From a bacterium (lineage in GTDB: Bacteria; Arandabacterota; Arandabacteria; Arandabacterales; JALGWA01): a DNA stretch of 36,620 nt. Positions 31,359-36,620 of this stretch are shown one piece after another. Position 1 is the first letter of the stretch; every line of letters begins with the position of its first letter. The position numbers and the translations under genes are program-made. The stretch is taken from NCBI GenBank assembly GCA_050125095.1, contig JASFEA010000013.1:1-36620 (forward strand), read 5' to 3'. The notes below the pieces were generated by a model that made no database searches, was not told where the DNA came from, and was given only the letters and a program-made list of their open reading frames with translations.

Positions 31359-33707
31359 TTACTCCGTCAGTTTCACGATGACCTTGTCGAGATCACCAGT
31401 GAAGGGGTAGTGGTTCTTCTGCCTGTACTTGCTACTCACGGGAGTTCCGGCGTCTATGCCCACGTCGAAGGTCTCCGAGAGTGAGAAAGTCGAGATATGC
31501 ATCTCCGGCATCTCGACCTCGTCGACCTCCTTGCCATTGATGTAGAGGTAGCCTTTACCGCCCGGGATGCCCGGCGTGGTGCCGCCGTCCTCAATAAAGT
31601 CGAATTTGATATGCACCTCGCCCTTCCCGAGCCTCGGCGACTCCAACGTGTAATAGAGGCCATTGTAGTAGTTGTAGTCGTAATAGGCCCTGTTGTTCTT
31701 TATGAACAGCGTGTAGCCGCCGGTGAAGCCGCCGCAGGCGACGATCACGCCCTCTTCCCTGCCGGTGAGGTTGAGGGTTGTCTCGATGGAGTGGGAGCGA
31801 GCCTTGACCGGGGCGGATGCCTTCTCAGCAATGCGGCGCGCTCCGGGCGTGTAGTAAACGAACTCCTTCCTGTCGCCGAAGAGCCGGTCCTGCTGCTTTG
31901 CAACGCGCATGATCATGTCGTCATACAGCGGGTAGACATTGTTCTCCCAGGCCAGCTCCTCCCAGCGTTCCCTAAGCTCCTCGAGTTTCTCCGGGTACTG
32001 GTCGGCTACGTTTACAGCCTCCGAGAAGTCCTCGTCGAGGTGGTAAAGCTCCCACACGTCATCCTCAAACGGCGAGGTTGTAGCGAGAATCCAAGGCATG
32101 CGGTTGCCGTGTATGGTGACCGCCTTCCAGCCGTCCTGGTATATGGCGCGATTGCCGAATAGCTCGTAGTACTGCTCGGGGTGCTGCGTGGGGGCATCAG
32201 GCATATCGAAAGAGTAAGCCATGCTCACACCGTCCAGATCCATCTGGCGGTGGCCGTCCATCTCTTCCATGAACTCCACGCCGGTCACGTCCAGGATGGT
32301 GGGCGCTATGTCGATGATGTGATGGTACTGGTTGCGTACCTCACCCTTGGACTTGATACCTTCGGGCCAGTGGATAACAAGCGGGTCCTGAATGCCCCCC
32401 CGGTGGACGATTTGCTTGAAATACTGGAAGGGCGTGTTCCCGGCAAGCGCCCAGCCCGCGTGGAAATGCGGGTAAGTGTCGGGGCCGCCCCAGCCGTCGT
32501 AATGCGACATATTGGCATCGAACGGTGTCTGCAGACCGTTCAGCACATAGGTCTCGTTGAAGCTCCCTGTGAGGCCTCCTTCTCCGGATGAGCCGTTGTC
32601 CGAGGTCACGAAGATGATGGTATTCTCGAACTGGCCCGTGCGCTTGAGGACGTCCACTACTCGCCCGATCTGTGCGTCCACGTGCGTGAGCATGGCCGCG
32701 AAGACTTCCATCTGGCGGGCGTAGAGCTTCTGCTCTTCGGGCTTCAGCGAATTCCATGCCGGGATGTCCCTGGTGCGCTTGGTCAGCTTGGTTCCGGGCG
32801 GGATGATGCCCATCTCGATCTGCTTCTTGTGGATGATCTCGCGGGCCTTATCCCAGCCCATGTCGAACCTGCCCTTGTAGTGCTCTATGTACTCAGGCGG
32901 CGCCTGATGCGGCGAGTGCATTGCCACCGGCGCCCAGAACAACATGAAGGGCTTGTCGGGCGAGACCGACACATGCGACGTAATATTGCGTATGGCCTCG
33001 TCGGCCATGGCCTCGCTGTAATGATAACCGGGCTTACCCATCCAGTCCTCAGTGGGGTAGTGGTCGCGCCAGATAAGCGAGCGGTAATTGTCAGCATCGG
33101 CGGCCATGTAGCCGTAATAGTGGTCGAAGCCCTCGCCGCTCGGCCAGCGGTCGAACGGCCCGCTCTCTGAAACCTCGTAAAGCGGCGTGTGGTCCCACTT
33201 TCCTATGGCGTAGTTCACGAAGCCGGCCTTCTGCAGGTGCTTGGCGACCGACTTGCCCGACTCGGGCGGGTAGGCATTGTAGCCCGGGAAGCCCATAGCC
33301 GTGAGCGAATGAGACCCCAGGCCGATGCGGTGATGGTTGCGGCCCGCCATTATGGACGCGCGTGACGGCGAACACAGAGCCGTGGTATGGAAGTTGTTGT
33401 ACCTGAGCCCGTTCTCGGCCAGGGCGTCAATGTGTGGCGTCTCACAGAGCCCCCCGAAGGATGTGATATGTCCGAAGCCCGTATCATCCAGAAGGAAGAT
33501 GATTACATTGGGCGTTCCCGGCTTGGGCTTGGGCGGCGTCGGCCACCACTCCTCGGATTCCTCATAGGACTTGGCAATCTTGCCCTTGAACTCCTGGCCG
33601 TACTTGGCGAAGTCATCACCCCTTGAACCTTCCCCCGACATCTGGCATCCGCCGATGACGAAGGGGAGGAGGGCGATGTAGAGCTTGATGCTGGTGAGCA
33701 GTTTCAT
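31359..33707 (-). CDS. Arylsulfatase (Cys-type, formylglycine-dependent), probable lipoprotein
   Basis: PNVIIFLLDD, CSPSRASIMAGR signature, GKW, AMHSPHQ, SDNG; AAGGAGG RBS before MKLLTSIK (33707); IGGC lipobox-like leader. Confidence 0.95.
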   Translation of the reverse strand: MKLLTSIKLYIALLPFVIGGCQMSGEGSRGDDFAKYGQEFKGKIAKSYEESEEWWPTPPKPKPGTPNVIIFLLDDTGFGHITSFGGLCETPHIDALAENGLRYNNFHTTALCSPSRASIMAGRNHHRIGLGSHSLTAMGFPGYNAYPPESGKSVAKHLQKAGFVNYAIGKWDHTPLYEVSESGPFDRWPSGEGFDHYYGYMAADADNYRSLIWRDHYPTEDWMGKPGYHYSEAMADEAIRNITSHVSVSPDKPFMLFWAPVAMHSPHQAPPEYIEHYKGRFDMGWDKAREIIHKKQIEMGIIPPGTKLTKRTRDIPAWNSLKPEEQKLYARQMEVFAAMLTHVDAQIGRVVDVLKRTGQFENTIIFVTSDNGSSGEGGLTGSFNETYVLNGLQTPFDANMSHYDGWGGPDTYPHFHAGWALAGNTPFQYFKQIVHRGGIQDPLVIHWPEGIKSKGEVRNQYHHIIDIAPTILDVTGVEFMEEMDGHRQMDLDGVSMAYSFDMPDAPTQHPEQYYELFGNRAIYQDGWKAVTIHGNRMPWILATTSPFEDDVWELYHLDEDFSEAVNVADQYPEKLEELRERWEELAWENNVYPLYDDMIMRVAKQQDRLFGDRKEFVYYTPGARRIAEKASAPVKARSHSIETTLNLTGREEGVIVACGGFTGGYTLFIKNNRAYYDYNYYNGLYYTLESPRLGKGEVHIKFDFIEDGGTTPGIPGGKGYLYINGKEVDEVEMPEMHISTFSLSETFDVGIDAGTPVSSKYRQKNHYPFTGDLDKVIVKLTE

Positions 33708-34353
33708 GCTCGGCCTCCTTTGACCTGTTAAGCAGGACTCGCCCGGGGAACGAGCAAGCCCTGGCCCCTGTCTCACGCCGTCCCCTCCCCGGGTAAGCGG
33801 CGCCCTGGAATTCTCGATGCTTGTTTTCCTCTTTCCAGACCTTGATTGACTACGCCGATCTCGGCGGGATGCGTCCGAGCCGTCAGCCTTGCTGCCCATT
33901 GTGGCCGACCGTGACGCGTACTCATAACCCCCAATTCCTCTCATACTTAGATGAACCGGCGACCTGGTCCGTCGCATGAAAGGCATGGTCTCTCGCACCA
34001 CTAAAGACGTCTCGCTTCAAAGGCTCGCTTCCGGCGGGTTATGGAGTGTGGTCAGATTAAGGCACTGCGGAGCGGACGTCAAGCCAATTGGCGCTCGGTC
34101 TGCGGGGTGCGCGTGCGCAGTGCCGGTAATGCGCGTCCAGGGTGGGGCGACCGGCGGCACCGGGCTGACTTCAGCCGGCAATTGGGCTGGCCAAATCCCG
34201 CTTATTTGTATAGAGTAATGGCGAGTGCTCTGAGGAGCAGCGCATCCTTTCCCTGAACTGCCTCCATGAACTGCGATTATTCTGGCACCCCGCAGCACGA
34301 TAAGGCAGCATGACAAATCAGGTCGGCCATAACATGCTTAAGGAGGGAAAGCG

Positions 34354-36246
34354 ATGAAGCACAAGCGCGTCGCCGGCGGAATCGGCATACTGCTCTTCGC
34401 AGTCACGGCGCTCCTGGCCCCGGCAGCGAGGGTCCATGGCGAGACCGTCGACTTCGACTCGGACCGGTGGGTCATGGTCAACGGCCAGGTCGTTGACCAC
34501 CTGGGAAGGAGGGCCCTCCTGGGGACCGCCTATCTCGACGGAGTGGAGTTTCAGGACGGCGTGATAGAAGTCGACATAGCCGCGTCCTGGCAACGCTGCT
34601 ACCCCGGCATCAATTTCCGCATACAGTCGCCCCAGAACTACGAGAGCTTCTACATCCGGCCGCACGCCATGAAGTTCTTCGACGGCGCCATGCAGTACAC
34701 GCCGTGCATAAACGGCATCAGGGGCTGGCAGCTGTATAACGGAAACGGCTGCACGGGCCCGTGCGAGATCCCGTATGATGAGTGGGTGCATATCAGGCTC
34801 GAAGTCAAGGATACGCAGGCGCGGGTCTTCATCGGAGAGGGCGACGAGCCCGATCTCGAGATTCACGACCTCAAGCATGGCGTGAGCCGCGGCACCATCG
34901 GCCTCGAGCAGATGACCAACGGCACTTCCTATTTCTCCAACTTCTCCTACAGGGAGGACGCGAGCCTCGAGTTCGATCCGCCGCCCAGGGTCGACACGCC
35001 CGCCGGCATGGTGATGGAGTGGGAGATCTCCCAGCCCTACAAGTACTCGCAAATCGAGCTCGATCTCATGCCCGGGGAGCAGGAAATCGCCGAGCCCGTG
35101 TGGCAGAAGGCGGTTCCCGAGCCCGGCGGACTCCTCGATATCGCGCGTCTATACGGCAGGACCGGCCGCGAGCCCGACTGCGTATTCGCGCGCGCCACAA
35201 TTTACTCGGACGAGGAGAAGACAAAGGAGATCCAGTTCGGCTACTCGGACGCCGTGAGCGTCTTCTTTAACGGAGCGCTGGTGTTCTCGGGCAACTCTTC
35301 ATACATGAGCAGGGACCCGGGCTTCCAGGGCATCGTCGGGCTCTTCGACGCGGTGCACGTGCCCATGAAGAGGGGGGCCAACGAGCTTATGCTGCTCGTG
35401 GTCGAGAACTTCGGCGGCTGGGGCATCATGGCCCGCGACGCGGGCGCGATATATGAGGACGAGCGCCTGAGCAAACTGTGGGAGACGCCGGCCGAGCTCC
35501 TGACGCCCGAGTCCGTGGCCTACGACCCGCAGCGGAAGGTCTACTATGTTTCCAACTACGACGCTTTCAATCCCAGCATGGGTCAGGGCCTGCAATACGT
35601 ATCGGTTATTTCCGAAGACGGCCGGATAGAAAACCCTCAGTGGGTAGGAGGCATCAACAACCCCACGGGCATCGCGGTGGCGGGCGACAGGCTCATGGTG
35701 GTCGAGCGCGGCGGCCTCGTCGAGATCAGCACCGGCGCCGGGGAGATCAGCCAGAGGCATGCGATCGTAAACGCCGGAATGCCCAATGACATCGCCGTCG
35801 ACGACCGCGGCAATTTCTATATCTCCGACCCGCCCAGGGGTATCATATACCGCTTCTCCGGTGGCGAGTTCGAAGAGTGGCTGGGCGGCGATGAGGTGAG
35901 CGACCCCAACGGCCTCATCGTCGACGGCGACAGGCTCGTCTGGGGCAACAACGGCGACACATGTCTTAAGTCGGCCGACCTTGAGACCAGGGAGGTCAAC
36001 ACTATCGCCAACCTCGGTTCCGGGATCATCGATGGAGTCAAACTGGATGGAGAGGGGAACTACATTGTATCTCACTGGCGGGGAAAGGTATACAGAGTGA
36101 GCCCTTCGGGAGAAGTCGTCAAAGTTCTGGACACGACCGGGACGGGCGCATTCGCAGCCGACCTGGAGTTTGTTCCGGGGGCCGGACTGCTCGTCGTCCC
36201 CAACTTCTATGACAATACAGTGACCATGTACCGGTTTGAGCCCTGA
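34354..36246 (+). CDS. Secreted multidomain protein: DUF1080/concanavalin-like and beta-sandwich domains plus SMP-30/gluconolactonase-like propeller
   Basis: Signal peptide; F.DG.IEVDI...GI.FR...YESFYIRPH; C-terminal PESVAYD..YVSN, PTGI, PNDIAVDD.GN.YISD, PNGL, DG...D repeats; AAGGAGG RBS. Confidence 0.85.
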   Translation: MKHKRVAGGIGILLFAVTALLAPAARVHGETVDFDSDRWVMVNGQVVDHLGRRALLGTAYLDGVEFQDGVIEVDIAASWQRCYPGINFRIQSPQNYESFYIRPHAMKFFDGAMQYTPCINGIRGWQLYNGNGCTGPCEIPYDEWVHIRLEVKDTQARVFIGEGDEPDLEIHDLKHGVSRGTIGLEQMTNGTSYFSNFSYREDASLEFDPPPRVDTPAGMVMEWEISQPYKYSQIELDLMPGEQEIAEPVWQKAVPEPGGLLDIARLYGRTGREPDCVFARATIYSDEEKTKEIQFGYSDAVSVFFNGALVFSGNSSYMSRDPGFQGIVGLFDAVHVPMKRGANELMLLVVENFGGWGIMARDAGAIYEDERLSKLWETPAELLTPESVAYDPQRKVYYVSNYDAFNPSMGQGLQYVSVISEDGRIENPQWVGGINNPTGIAVAGDRLMVVERGGLVEISTGAGEISQRHAIVNAGMPNDIAVDDRGNFYISDPPRGIIYRFSGGEFEEWLGGDEVSDPNGLIVDGDRLVWGNNGDTCLKSADLETREVNTIANLGSGIIDGVKLDGEGNYIVSHWRGKVYRVSPSGEVVKVLDTTGTGAFAADLEFVPGAGLLVVPNFYDNTVTMYRFEP

Positions 36247-36364
36247 CAAAACGGCGTTTTCATGACGGCCGGCGACCGTGTATACTCGTTCCGCGGAGAC
36301 ACCCGGACATCTGAGGCTCGGAGCGCACCGGGCCTGTCTCCGACCAATACCCTGGAGCCCGGAG

Positions 36365-36620
36365 ATGTTTGTAAAAGGACGTCAAATAGTCCTGCGAGAT
36401 GAGCCCCGCGGAGGTGACGATGAGGACATGTTCAGGTGGTTCAATATGGAGGAATGGGCTTACTACGACCACCCCGACCGGCCCTTTGAACCGGTCACTC
36501 GCGAGGCGTTCGAGGATAGACTCAAAGCCCGGGGCGCGGACAAGACCGGCGGATTGTGGCAGCGGTTTCAGATAGACACTCTGAGCGGAAAGCACATCGG
36601 ATGGATCAACTGCTATGAAT
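36365..36620 (+). CDS. RimJ/RimL-like GNAT N-acetyltransferase, 5' part, truncated at the window end
   Basis: Open frame from ATG 36365 to the edge: MFVKGRQIVLRD...MFRWFNMEEWAYYDHP...RFQIDTLSGKHIGWINCYE. Not in the ORF track because it has no stop in the window. Confidence 0.7.
   Translation, partial: MFVKGRQIVLRDEPRGGDDEDMFRWFNMEEWAYYDHPDRPFEPVTREAFEDRLKARGADKTGGLWQRFQIDTLSGKHIGWINCYE

Noticed and set aside
33708-34001. 98-aa N-terminal extension of the sulfatase in the ORF track
   Set aside because: It is low-complexity Arg/Ser-rich sequence; a strong AAGGAGG RBS and a lipoprotein-like leader start at 33707.
34283-34297. TGGCAC...GC sigma54-like site upstream of 34354
   Set aside because: The GG-to-GC spacing is 9 nt rather than the required 10.
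36260-36595. 111-aa minus-strand ORF in the ORF track
   Set aside because: It is antisense to a more plausible + strand GNAT ORF starting at 36365.

Overview
A GC-rich, gene-dense stretch of ordinary bacterial chromosome with about 33 CDS, mostly on the + strand. I found no rRNA, tRNA, CRISPR array, transposase or phage genes. Secreted proteins with C-terminal FlgD-Ig/T9SS-like domains, a 'WGxIK' C-terminal motif and a Bacteroidota-like MetF suggest a deep-branching FCB-group bacterium (Eisenbacteria/Krumholzibacteriota/Latescibacterota-like); this is an inference. Highlights: (1) a 61-aa bacterial histone of the Bdellovibrio Bd0055 type (14373-14558) with its own promoter and terminator. (2) A SelW/Rdx selenoprotein truncated in the ORF track (19189-19437), with a CxxU motif and a clean SECIS hairpin, at the end of an amino-acid-oxidoreductase/aminopeptidase run. 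(3) A secreted protein with a PEP-CTERM-type passenger domain that ends in a short 'AVEPTSWGEIKARF' tail instead of PEP-CTERM, under a sigma54 promoter; this is a candidate uncharacterised sorting system. (4) An unexplained ~170-nt G:U-rich structured intergenic element (3351-3517). (5) A cluster of Cys-rich small ORF, ArsP/DUF318 permease, stand-alone methyl-THF methyltransferase domain and metF. (6) REP-like AGACCTGACCCC repeats, one of which supplies a gene's stop codon. (7) Several apparently leaderless genes, and ANT(4')-, APH- and GNAT-like genes. All family assignments come from recalled motifs, not database searches.
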